A stretch of DNA of 36,817 nt from Octopus bimaculoides (GCF_001194135.2 NC_068989.1:78390608-78427424), one strand, 5' to 3'; shown: positions 1 to 11,496, counted from the first letter of the stretch. Made by a program: numbers and translations. The notes: a model not told the origin generated them from the sequence alone.

Positions 1-92
1 ATATATATATATATATATATATATACCAATGACGAGCGAATATCTAGGTGTAGTTAACTACATATACATACAAATATATATATATATATGTA

Positions 93-283
93 CCTGGCTT
101 TGGGTGGAAGAAAATTCAGGAAGATCAGTTGATAATTATTTTATTCAACATATTCTCCTCTCAGATTCGCATACTTATTGCAGTGGTCCTTCACTTTTTT
201 CTACGCTCTGTAAAAGCATTCGGAAGGTCGGACTTCCAGCCAAGACCTTCGCGACACCTTTAAAGCCACGAACTTTTCAGCAC
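93..283 (-). mobile_element. Mariner-derived MITE, partial copy (one TIR lost next to a TA tract)
   Basis: Aligns by eye with the TIR-bounded copy at 3762-3978. The minus strand keeps the transposase C-terminus KDHCNKYANLRGEYVE*. A TIR remnant (gaacttttcagcac) is at 270-283. Confidence 0.85.
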
Positions 284-289
284 TATTTC

Positions 290-1092
290 AGGAGACATCT
301 ATTAATTTTAGAGTAATGTAAAACCCTAATCTCTTTCAAAGAAGGGTTTCCTGACTTGTATTACTCCAGCCATGATATGGAGGCCTCATGGAAATCCTCC
401 AAAGGGAATATGTCCAAGACCATTACCACTGCCTCCATTGTGTTTACGCCCAGCATGGAAAGTGAGAGAAAGTCACATGGATCGAGGTCTGGGCTATAGG
501 GAGTATTAGTGACAATTTAAATGTCCATCTCTGTGAAGAAGTTAGTTACCACATTCGAATTTTGAACTGGTGTATTGTCTTGCCGCCTATGGCGACGAAA
601 TCTCTTCAAAACCTTCACAAATTAATCATTGTTGACCGTCTGTCCAAGGCATCATCTACATCCGATGGATGTAGATGATGCTCTCGTTGTCGAAAAAGGG
701 GATTAGTAACCTTCCCGATGGACTTTGTCTGTCTGGCCTGTTATTCCAGCGAAAAACAGATGCTCAGCTCATACAAGTTCATCCATAAGCTCTCAAGAGC
801 TTTTCATAAGTTTATGTGGCATTTTTGCCCTCTTTAACGCCAGATGTTTATTGCATAGCCAGCTTCCAAATTGTGTTCACCTTCCGACTACATGCTGCAA
901 ACAGATCAACTGGATAAGTAGTGTTTAGTAGGGCGTGTTCAAAGCGTTGCTACAGCTTTCCCTTTCAATCCGGAATTACAAAATTTGCCAGATCAGCTTA
1001 TTATATATCTTTAGTAACGACTGCAATAATCTGGCGCAGCTACAACAGCCTCTCCTGAAAAAAGTCTTTAAATTTCCTGAATGCACTCCGTA
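290..1092 (-). pseudogene. Decayed, internally deleted Tc1/mariner transposon (mariner-type transposase)
   Basis: Minus-strand translation across stops and frameshifts reads IPFFDNESIIYIH...GQTVNND*FVKVLKRFRR...QDNTPVQNSNVVTNFFTEMDI*IVTNTPYSPDLDPCDF...EDFHEAS. This includes HDNA-like (QDNT) and YSPDL(A)PCDF motifs of mariner transposases. A TIR-like end (aaaaaagtct...tgcactccgta) ending in TA is at ~1058-1092. Confidence 0.85.
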
Positions 1093-1422
1093 TATATGCA
1101 CGAATGTTGGTAAGTACGCATGTCTGTACTGTTTGTGCACTTGTGTATATGATCATGTGTCTTTTTCTTTTTGTCCACACATGAATATATATATGTAGGT
1201 ATGTATGTATGTATGTTCTCTTTCTCTTTTTTAATCTAGAGTAATTTTTGACCGGCCATTAACTTGGTAGCAAGGTTGTAAAGGAAAGCATGTTGTTTTG
1301 TTCATCATTCTTCAAATCTTAAGGAGAAGGCATACATACATCGACGATGCAGTTGCAATATCGATAGAGATCGATACCTTAACTACAACGTTGCTATGCA
1401 TACATATATGTATACATATATG

Positions 1423-1457
<35 letters not shown>

Positions 1458-2760
1458 NNNNNNNNNNNNNNNNNNNNNNNNNNNNNNNNNNNNNNNNNNN
1501 NNNNNNNNNNNNNNNNNNNNNNNNNNNNNNNNNNNNNNNNNNNNNNNNNNNNNNNNNNNNNNNNNNNNNNNNNNNNNNNNNNNNNNNNNNNNNNNNNNNN
1601 NNNNNNNNNNNNNNNNNNNNNNNNNNNNNNNNNNNNNNNNNNNNNNNNNNNNNNNNNNNNNNNNNNNNNNNNNNNNNNNNNNNNNNNNNNNNTATATATA
1701 TATATATATAAGTGTGTATATATATATAAGTGTATATATATATATATGTATATATACATATATCTATATATATATATATATATAAGTGTGTGTAAAGATA
1801 TATATAGATATATATATATATATGTATATATATATGTATGTACGTATGTATGTATATATATATATGTGTGTGTGCGTGTGTGTGCGTGTGTATAACGAAA
1901 GAGTAAGAAAGAGATACATAGATAGATAGTTTCGTATATATGATGTTCGTATGATATAACTTCGCCCATCATGGGTGTAGTCACTGAAGTATTTCTAATG
2001 GTGATAAATATATGACAGCCAAGCTATAAAGCTGCTACATTATTTCTCCATTGCTTTATCGATGGAAATATTTTGGTATTAATTTTATTAAACGTAAATA
2101 ACATTTATCAAAACTATATTTTAGAGAAATTCGACATATCAGATTCGATAAAGAATTAAAAAAAAAAAGTTGACAAGATATATTTAAAATAGCTATTTTC
2201 TTAAACGAAACTACATTTCCATCCCACTTTTAGCAAAGTTTCAACCGGGTAATCGTTTGGCTTGGCATATTGATAAATTTCAAAATAATCTCGTAGATAG
2301 CAATAGCCTACTTAAAACATATGCATGTTTCTATGTGTATAGGCTCACACTTACACACACACATACGCACAAAGGCATATGCGCGTATATGGGTGTGTAC
2401 ATGTTTGCCTGTGCGTAGGAATACATATACATGCTTATATGTATGTGCGCGTGTGTATGAATATCATTTGTATTCTCAATCACTTCAAATGAAATCTTTT
2501 TGCTTGAAGTATTTCAAATACAAAAAAAATTTTGAGTATATAAGGAAAGCGTTCTCTTTTCTGCAACAGAGGAACTCTCTACGCGAAATTGTAGCCAGCT
2601 AGAAATAGCAGCAAATACCAAATATACTCTTTTTAGTTTAGGCACAAGGAAAGAATTTTTGTATACAGAAGCGAAGAGAATTTCATCGACCACAGTGCTT
2701 AGCTGATGTTTGTCTTAACGACTTGGAAAGCTTTGAAGGTAAACTAGACGGAAGTTCCTG

Positions 2761-2914
2761 GGTGGGTATCGATTACATTGACCCCAGTGCTCAACTGGTA
2801 CTTATTTTATCACCATATAAAAGATGAAAGGCAAAGTCGACTTCGGTGGAATTTGAACTCAGAAAGTAAAAACGAAGTGTTGATAAGCATTATACCCGAC
2901 GTGCTAACGATTCC
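2761..2914 (-). mobile_element. tRNA-derived SINE family A, decayed
   Basis: Reverse complement of the shared core gagttcaaattcc...gtcgactttgcctttcatc...ataagtaccagttgagcactggggtc seen in the copies at 16576 and 29168. Confidence 0.8.
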
Positions 2915-3269
2915 ATCTTGTTACCTTAAATACCAGTAATACCGATTCCCTGTATATACCTGCAACAAACTAAAGCGTTGTTGGTGGTGGCTAGATCGTT
3001 TTTAATTAAAGTTACGCTCAGCTAGGAGTAGGTTTGGGAATAAACATTTCCAACATCGACAAACTAAAATTCTGGTAAGCTAACATCTATAAACTTACTA
3101 TTCATTTCTGCTAAAGGCAATTTCCTTTCGTTTATGCAGATCGCATGTTAAAATACAAGAAAATAATTCAAGTACTTGAAAAGTCTGTATATATTATTTT
3201 GAAGTAAATTCATTGCCAATGAATGTGTCTAAGGAAATTAAAGTATTAGTATCCCTTGTAAGATAACAG

Positions 3270-3663
3270 GTTGTTGTTGTTGTTGTTAGCACTCCGTCGC
3301 TTACGACGTCGAGTGTTCCAGTTGATCCGCTCAACGGAACAGCATGCCCGTGAAATTAACGTGCAAGTGGCTGAGCACTCCACAAACAGGTGTACCCTTA
3401 ACGTAGTTCTCGGGGATATTCAGCGTGACACAGTGTGACAAGGCTGACCCTTTGAACTACAGGCACAACAGAAACAGGAAGTAAGAGTGAGAGAAAGCTG
3501 TGGTGGAAGATTATAGTAGGGTTCGCCACAATCCCCTGGCGGAGCCTCGTGAAGCTTTAGGTATTTTCGCTCAATAAGCACTCGCAACGCCCGGTCTGGG
3601 AATTGAGACTGCCATCCAATGACCGCGAGTCCGCTGCCCTAACCACTGGGCCATTGCGCCTCC
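3270..3663 (-). mobile_element. Full-length tRNA-derived SINE family B with (CAA)n tail and 10-bp TSD
   Basis: The minus strand starts GGAGGCGCAATGGCCCAGTGGTTAGGGCAGCGGACTCGCGG (Pol III A box) with a decayed B box. The tail is (GTT)n at 3270-3287. The TSD taagataaca is at 3259-3268 and 3666-3675. Homologous to 6445-6794. Confidence 0.92.
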
Positions 3664-3761
3664 ACTAAGATAACAAGTAGGCAGCACAGAAAGACAACTT
3701 CTTAGTTATGGTTTACTATTTGTAACACATAATACTTACTACGAGGTCCTTTTGCCATGTA

Positions 3762-3978
3762 TACGAGAGAGTGCTGAAAAGTTCCTGTCTTTGGATAAAA
3801 GAAAATACAAGAGGATCAGTTTATTATGATCTTGTATAACATATTCCCCTCTGAGAGTCACACACTGCAGCGGTGCTTCAGTTTTTCTGAGCCCTATAAA
3901 AGAACACGGAAGGTTGGGCCTCCAGCCAGGTCTTTCACGACACCCTTAAAGCTAGGTAATTTTCAGCACCCTCTCGTA
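3762..3978 (-). mobile_element. Complete mariner-derived MITE (217 bp)
   Basis: Imperfect TIRs tacgagagagtgctgaaaagttcct and aggtaattttcagcaccctctcgta, with TA at both ends. An internal remnant of the transposase end (..LRGEYV) is on the minus strand. Confidence 0.92.
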
Positions 3979-4069
3979 CATTCACTGGCCTGGTGTTAAT
4001 TTAGCTGTTCTTTGTACTGTTCTCTTCTGCTGGGGCAGCCCAAATAAATAGTTTCAAATGTTGTCAACG

Positions 4070-4297
4070 GGACAGCAGTTTTTGAAGGGAGGTGGAAGCC
4101 GATTACATCGACCCCATTACTCGACTAGTTCTTATTTTATATATCCCGAAGGATGAAGTGTAATATCTACCATCAGTAGAGTTTGTACTCATAACAAGTA
4201 CTGAGTCGCCTCTTTCGGCTAAACATTCTTCAAGGAGGTACCCTGGCATGGCTGCAACCTAATGACTGTAAAAACTAAAAGATAAAGATAAAAGATA
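4070..4297. mobile_element. Two abutting SINE remnants: family A (-, ~4070-4195) and family C 3' tail (+, ~4195-4297)
   Basis: gattacatcgacccc...cttattttat...ccgaaggatgaa matches the family A core. ggcatggctgca..aatgactg..aaaagataaagataaaagata matches the tail of the SINE at 17021-17440. Confidence 0.65.
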
Positions 4298-5359
4298 ATG
4301 AATTTGTCTATTATTTCAATATCGTGTCTTTGCATAAGTAACTGATCCTTTGCTATTCTTGAACTTGTACAGATAAACTTTGATATTTACACTTCCCCCC
4401 ATTGTGTTGTAATTTCTAAAGCATGTAATTTAAATAAAAATATTTTTCTTCTACATAATACATTTTCGTTTTACTCAATGAAGATCCGAAATGTTTTTCC
4501 TAACCCACACAATCCTCAATCAAACATCACGAATTATCTATTCAGGAATTAGAGAAGAAAATGAAACTTTTACATTTATTCCAGTGATTTATGTCTTGGA
4601 CATCTCCGACTTCAGTAGTTAAGAACAAAAATCAAAGGAAATATAATTTGTACAAACTATATGTCTATTTTTTGTTTTTAATAATTTGTTTCTGATCAAT
4701 GTATATGAACGGTTCGGAATTGGTCCATATCCAATGTAAAAAAAAAAGATTCTTCGTAGAAACAAAAATGCTTATAACCAAAATTCTTTCATCAATATAA
4801 TAACAATTTTATACGAGTTTCTTCTCTATATGTATTTATCGCATATCAATAAAACCAAATGTTTCTTGTTTTTTTTTTATTCTTCTGTGTCAGTGAAGAT
4901 TCGTATTCGACAATTTAACATCAAATTATATGTAAACATGCAATGTTGAGATTGCCCTTTGCTATTTGTCGGTTGTAAACTGCTTCATGCTATAGAAATT
5001 ATAGATAAACATTTCAATTCCTATTTGTGCGAATGTGTACTACATATGCTTCTAAAGAAGCCTATTTATTGCTCGTTAGATTCTTGTGTAGCCGTTACCT
5101 TCAACAGAACTTGCCTTCAAATTACTTTTTGGTTAACAATAGTTTATTGATGTTATACACAATAGGCATACAATTATTTTACATTTATTTTCATTCCTCA
5201 ATGAAGTGCAAGCACCTGTAATATGCAACATCCATTCAATTTATTATGTTCCTCTCCAACATAATTGGCTATATGCCTAGATAAACTTTACCTCAACAAC
5301 TAAATATAAAAATGTTCAATAAGTTGGCAAAGAATACATACTGATATTAGTAACCACTT

Positions 5360-5582
5360 CGAAAGAGAGAGAAAGCGAAAGAAAGAGACAGAGAAAGCGA
5401 AAGAGAGACACAGAGAAAACGAAAGAGAGAGAGAAAAAAACGAAAGAGAGAGAGAAAAAATGAAAGAGAGAGAGAGAGAGAGAAAAGTGAAAGTGAGAGA
5501 GAAAACGAAAGAGAGAAAGAGGGAAAGCGAACGAGAGAAAGAGAAAGCGAAGGAGAGGAAGAGAGAAAGCGAAAGAGAGAGA
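5360..5582. repeat. Purine-rich degenerate minisatellite (~20-bp unit, CGAAAGAGAGA core)
   Basis: About 11 recurrences of (A/G)CGAAAG followed by GA runs. The + strand is almost entirely purine. Confidence 0.85.
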
Positions 5583-6444
5583 ATTTGGCATGCTATTGAG
5601 CCGGCTATTGCAACATTTATGGATATAGATCTTTTCACTAATTGCGGCCTGGTTATCAGCGAATCATAAAAAAATAATTCTGGTATATTCTAGATGCTGA
5701 TACAATTCTCAGCAATAAAAGTATCATATTTCTATTTCAAACAAAGAATTTAGAGTACTATTTGAATCAAATGATATTTTACGTTCACATGGGTGGAAAA
5801 TGTTAGTTATTTTTCTTCAGATTCATTCTATTTATATAAATTTTATGCAATAAATCATATATTATTTCGTAATTTTGAAGTAATATCATATCTATAATCT
5901 CTTTGAGCAATATTTATTTTTTCCTCCTAAAATGCATTGCAAAAGTTAGACTGTTTAAACTTTAAACATTGGAAATCCATCAGGCATATTTGAAACAAAA
6001 ATATTTGCAATATTTCTAATACTTACAAACAGAGAAAAATCAATAATAATGTCTTGAAAGTATTAAGTCGAAATTAATTTAAAAGAATGAAAAATGGCTT
6101 CTTCTTTTTTTATAATAATGATGGTGAAATTTAATTTGTGCGTGTATGCACTTTCATTTCACCTCTATCAATAGATAATATATAAACCTACTGATGTATA
6201 TAAGAATAAATTAATTAAATTTTTTATCGGTAGTTTCTATAGTGCCACCTGCTGCTCTCTTATGTTCCTGAGGTGTGTGCACCATAGCGTTCTTATATTT
6301 CTGGTGATTGGGAGAGTACTGCGTTAGTTTGTTTTGTTATGGGATTTGTTTTCTTGATTCTTATTGAATTTGTATTTGTTCTGTTGTGCGTAGTGTGTAT
6401 AATGCTACCGGTGTTATTTCAGTGGGCCTTAATCATGCAGGGGT

Positions 6445-6794
6445 GGAGGCGCAATGGTCCAGTGGTTAGGGCAGCGGACTCGCGGTCGTAGGATCGCGGT
6501 TTCGATTCCCAGAGCTGGCGTTGTGAGTGTTTATTGAGCGAAAACACCTAATGCTCAGCGAGGCTCCGGCAGGGGATTGTGGCGAACCCTGCTGTACTCT
6601 TTCACCACAACTTTCTCTCACTCTTCCTGTTTCTGTTGTGCCTGTAATTCAAAGGGTCAGCCTTGTCACACTGTGTCACGATGAATCTCCTTGATAACTA
6701 CGTTAATTGCACGTTAATTTCACGAGCAGGCTGTTCCGTTGATCGGATCAACTGGAACCCTCGACGCCGTATGTGACGGAGTGCCAACAACAAC
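6445..6794 (+). mobile_element. tRNA-derived SINE family B with 9-bp TSD and 31-nt internal deletion
   Basis: A box TGGTCCAGTGG, B box GGTTTCGATTCC and a (CAA)n tail. The TSD aatcatgca is at 6431-6439 and 6795-6803. It lacks gggtacacctgtttgtggagtgctcagccac, which is present in the 3270-3663 copy. Confidence 0.92.
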
Positions 6795-7148
6795 AATCAT
6801 GCAAGTGAATACGTTTCGGAAAATGTGACGTTTTAGATTATTGGTGCCTATTATAAAATAGGTACCAATAATCTAAAACGACACTTTTGTTGCTGAGAAT
6901 TGTGTCAGGCGCCTCATGTGTATGAAGATTGTTCTATTTGAGATAATCTATTGAATTGTGATCTATCCTCAATTAATAGGGTTGTGCACAGATGTGAGTT
7001 GTTCTTAACGGTGTTATTTTGGGGCAGCATGAGCCACGGTATATGGCTTCTGCGTTTTTCATATTCTTTTAGCCATGCCGAATGCTCGAATTATTAAATG
7101 ATTTGCTTTCACCTTCACACCAAACATTTAGGTTATTGTTACTACTAA

Positions 7149-7200
7149 AGTAGTAGTAGTAGTAGTAGTTGTTGTAGTAGTAGTAGTAGTAGTAGTAGTA
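7149..7200. repeat. (AGT)n microsatellite
   Basis: Direct reading; short GTT interruption. Confidence 0.95.
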
Positions 7201-7282
7201 CCCCGCCATATGTATATAAAAGGAAATCAAAAAATGGGACAACACATAACAGCCAGACAACATTTCTTTCCTCAGTCGAGTT

Positions 7283-7379
7283 CCAGATTATCTTTGCAAT
7301 TTCGGCTGGCTATACCCGAGATTGCTCTAATCTGGCCAGCCCCAAGGGAAAACTAAGCTAAGAGTACTAGATTCCTTGG
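7283..7379. other. Structured element with interleaved inverted repeats (probably part of an unclassified interspersed repeat)
   Basis: Pairings: ccagatta/taatctgg (7283-7290/7328-7335), gcaatttcgg/ccgagattgc (7296-7305/7316-7325, one wobble), ggctggc/gccagcc (7304-7310/7335-7341) and ccaaggga/ttccttgg (7342-7349/7372-7379, one wobble). Confidence 0.55.
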
Positions 7380-7457
7380 AAGAAAGCAGCGAATGTATAC
7401 GAAAACAAGGCCGGAAAAAACGGAGAAATGGTACACAAATGCAAATATATGTGTGTG

Positions 7458-7461
<4 letters not shown>

Positions 7462-7532
<71 letters not shown>

Positions 7533-7598
7533 AAGACAGATAGACAGACAGACAGAGAGACAGACAGAGAGAGACAGAGACAGACAGAGAGAGAGAGA
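7462..7598. repeat. (GA)n/(GACA)n compound microsatellite
   Basis: Direct reading. Confidence 0.95.
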
Positions 7599-8507
7599 TA
7601 AGCATACATGAGCAGAAATATGTATAATTCTGCATACTTTATATATCAATACATACCTGAGTGTGCACGTGTATATGTAAACTTACGCGTATGTATATGT
7701 ATATGGATATGGGTATGCGCGTTTCAGTGTTTGTGTGTGTGCATGTATGTGTAGATATACCTTATTGCAAGTGCGTTTGTCTTCGTTGAGTTCTCTCTTT
7801 TTACCACTTTAGAATCATAATCATTATTGTTTCCATTNNNNNNNNNNNNNNNNNNNNNNNNNNNNNNNNNNNNNNNNNNNNNNNNNNNNNNNNNNNNNNN
7901 NNNNNNNNNNNNNNNNNNNNNNNNNNNNNNNNNNNNNNNNNNNNNNNNNNNNNNNNNNNNNNNNNNNNNNNNNNNNNNNNNNNNNNNNNNNNNNNNNNNN
8001 NNNNNNNNNNNNNNNNNNNNNNNNNNNNNNNNNNNNNNNNNNNNNNNNNNNNNNNNNNNNNNNNNNNNNNNNNNNNNNNNNNNNNNNNNNNNNNNNNNNN
8101 NNNNNNNNNNNNNNNNNNNNNNNNNNNNNNNNNNNNNNNNNNNNNNNNNNNNNNNNNNNNNNNNNNNNNNNNNNNNNNNNNNNNNNNNNNNNNNNNNNNN
8201 NNNNNNNNNNNNNNNNNNNNNNNNNNNNNNNNNNNNNNNNNNNNNNNNNNNNNNNNNNNNNNNNNNNNNNNNNNNNNNNNNNNNNNNNNNNNNNNNNNNN
8301 NNNNNNNNNNNNNNNNNNNNNNNNNNNNNNNNNNNNNNNNNNNNNNNNNNNNNNNNNNNNNNNNNNNNNNNNNNNNNNNNNNNNNNNNNNNNNNNNNNNN
8401 NNNNNNNNNNNNNNNNNNNNNNNNNNNNNNNNNNNNNNNNNNNNNNNNNNNNNNNNNNNNNNNNNNNNNNNNNNNNNNNNNNNNNNNNNNNNNNNNNNNN
8501 NNNNNNN

Positions 8508-8652
8508 ATATATGGATGTGTACATTCATACATGCATACGTACATACATGCATACATACATGAGTACATGCATATATGGATGTGTACATTCATACATGCA
8601 TACGTACATACATGCATACATACATGAGTACATGCATATATGGATGTGTACA
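8508..8652. repeat. Perfect 64-bp tandem duplication (~2.2 copies) of TACA-rich sequence
   Basis: tatggatgtgtaca starts at 8511, 8575 and 8639. It lies next to a gap edge. Confidence 0.85.
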
Positions 8653-9043
8653 AGCATACGTTCGTATGTACGTATGTTTTTAACTGTGTGTATGTGTCAT
8701 TTACGTTTTTAATATTATTCAGCATAAGTTACGTATTTTCAATTATATTACATAGTAGCTGTAATGTATTTCTTCCTTTTATGAGATTTCCTTATTAATT
8801 CCCTTTCTGTTTACATTCTCCATACGCCATGCTACCATACACCATCAGAACCATTTATAACATTTCTCTTTGAAACATTTTATTTTGATTTTATAATTTA
8901 ATTAAACGACATAAATTGCATGTTTCACAAATGTACACATATTGGAATGTCAAATGTGGCTAGATGTGTCTGATTGCATGTAAGATCGAAATTTAATAAT
9001 AGTAGCAACTACGAATAAATTACTGACATAACTATATATATTC

Positions 9044-9248
9044 GTTTCAGGTTTTGGCACAAGGGTCTGCAATTTCAAGAGGAAAGGTAAGCCGATTATG
9101 CCTATCCCCGGTCTCGACTGATATTTAATTTATCGATCCCGAAAGTATGAAAGCAAATTCGATTGGGTGGTATTTGAATACAGAACGTAAGGACGGACGA
9201 AATGTCGCTAAGGATTTTTCCGGCGTGCTAACGATTCTGCCAGATCAC
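9044..9248 (-). mobile_element. SINE family A, decayed near-full-length copy
   Basis: Reverse complement of head (ggcagaatcgttagcacgccgg), core (tttcatactttcgggatcgataaa) and tail (ccttgtgccaaaa..tgaaac). Confidence 0.8.
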
Positions 9249-9440
9249 AACTTTACATAACAATATATATTAGTTAGGATTATTGTGTCTGATTTAGGAA
9301 CAAAAACAACAATGGTGAGAGAATGAAAAAAAAACGGCAACGTCATCACCCTCCCCATGATGATAAGCAAATCAGTTGGAATAATATAAATTACATAAAC
9401 TTGAAATGCATTTTCAATTTTATATTTGAACTATTTCTAA

Positions 9441-9657
9441 AGCGGCACACCAGCAAAATCGCCACTGCACCACACAAAATGCTTAGCAGCAATTTTTATG
9501 GGTCTTTGTTTTGAGTTCAAATGTCACTGACGTCGACTTTCCGATTCATCCTTTCGGGGAGGATACAGTAAACCTCAGTTTCACATTAGGGTCGATAAAG
9601 TCAACATCCTCCTTCCCTCAAAATTACTGGCCTTGTGCCAATTATTAGAAAGAATAT
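9441..9657 (+). mobile_element. SINE family A, decayed near-full-length copy
   Basis: aaaatgcttagc...gagttcaaat...gtcgacttt..ttcatcctttcgggg...ggccttgtgcca. Confidence 0.8.
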
Positions 9658-10081
9658 TTTTATTATTACTACCTTGCAGCACTTTCTTACAACCAGGCAT
9701 TATTCACAACAAATCGATGCGAAAACGATATTATGAACCTGGCCTTGAAGTTAAACTGGAACAACTGAGAATACAACACAGTTTCTTTCATTTCCATATT
9801 TCATCACAACTCAGATAATATTTTCCGAAATTTTCTCCTCTCCTAATTGTTATATAAAAGCTATCTTTGTGAGGATCATATTTTTTTAATTCTTTACTAC
9901 AGAACATAACCAAGAATTAATTCCTTCCATGGCCACAGAATGCAGTCACAGTATATTAAGAATTGTAGTGAAGATAGCCTAAAGCATGACATTTTGTATA
10001 TACGAGCAGTTTACTTCAAGAGGTACCTTCCCTTCTTACATTATTTTCAACTTAAAATTTTATGCACAAGTTTGTGAGTGC

Positions 10082-10083
<2 letters not shown>

Positions 10084-10178
<95 letters not shown>

Positions 10179-10187
10179 TGGGTGTGT
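10084..10187. repeat. (TG)n microsatellite
   Basis: Direct reading. Confidence 0.97.
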
Positions 10188-10711
10188 CTATGTATGTATA
10201 TGATACCGGATACCTGTGTTTATATTTTTATATGTATGTAAGAATGCCTGCGTGGATACACACCTGTGAATGTAAGTGTACATTTAGGCTCTTTCGCGTG
10301 TGTAATGATTAGTATATATGCGCGTGTGTAAGGACAATTTGGAACAATATTGCAATAGTTTGAACTTTTAATGACTCAATAATTTCATTAATAGTTCAAT
10401 TCTAAATTGCTGCTGTCTTTTGTCTCTGAGTAAACCTGTATGTTTAGAGGGAAGAATTATGATTCGTTGCTTAACTCGGTTACCATTATTCAAATTGTTT
10501 ATCCAGGCATTACAATTGCTCTACGAATCAACGCATCTACCTTATGTCATTTATCATAATACAGATGGGAGCAAATAGGAGAGAAAAAATCCTAGTGATG
10601 TTATCTGAAATTTATGTTAAGAATGGATGGAGGCACTAGGTAAGTAATATTAAGAAATTTAGACAACAGCACTTTCTCTTTCTTCATAAACAAATTCTGC
10701 ACGAATTCTTC

Positions 10712-10735
10712 AGATAGATAGATAGATAGACAGAG

Positions 10736-10794
<59 letters not shown>
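10712..10794. repeat. (GATA)n microsatellite
   Basis: Direct reading. Confidence 0.97.
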
Positions 10795-10796
<2 letters not shown>

Positions 10797-11170
10797 TATA
10801 TATATATATATATATANNNNNNNNNNNNNNNNNNNNNNNNNNNNNNNNNNNNNNNNNNNNNNNNNNNNNNNNNNNNNNNNNNNNNNNNNNNNNNNNNNNN
10901 NNNNNNNNNNNNNNNNNNNNNNNNNNNNNNNNNNNNNNNNNNNNNNNNNNNNNNNNNNNNNNNNNNNNNNNNNNNNNNNNNNNNNNNNNNNNNNNNNNNN
11001 NNNNNNNNNNNNNNNNNNNNNNNNNNNNNNNNNNNNNNNNNNNNNNNNNNNNNNNNNNNNNNNNNNNNNNNNNNNNNNNNNNNNNNNNNNNNNNNNNNNN
11101 NNNNNNNNNNTATATATATAAACATCCACACACACACATGTTTATACAAATATATGTGTATACATGATTT

Positions 11171-11220
<50 letters not shown>

Positions 11221-11496
11221 TAGTATACGTATTGTGTGCGCGTGTGTATGCGTGTGTATGCGTGTATTTATGTGCGTGTGTGTGTGTACTCAACCACTTG
11301 GATATATTTCTTTTCCTTGGGGCAGCATGCATTTGGATTTAGGTTTATTTCTTTTAGTTTCCCTTTTATCGGATAATTTATAGCTGTGGCGTATCCAAAC
11401 CGATTGTACATTTTTATAATTCTTTCGATTTTGAAGTTTCCCAATTGTTATATACTGATTTCTAACGTTTAAATAAACGCATAAATATGTTTCCAG

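Noticed and set aside
6445-6520. tRNA-like sequence with A and B boxes (also at 3663, 17440, 29168)
   Set aside because: These are SINE heads: they continue into a repeat body with a tail, some have TSDs, and they lack a proper acceptor stem.
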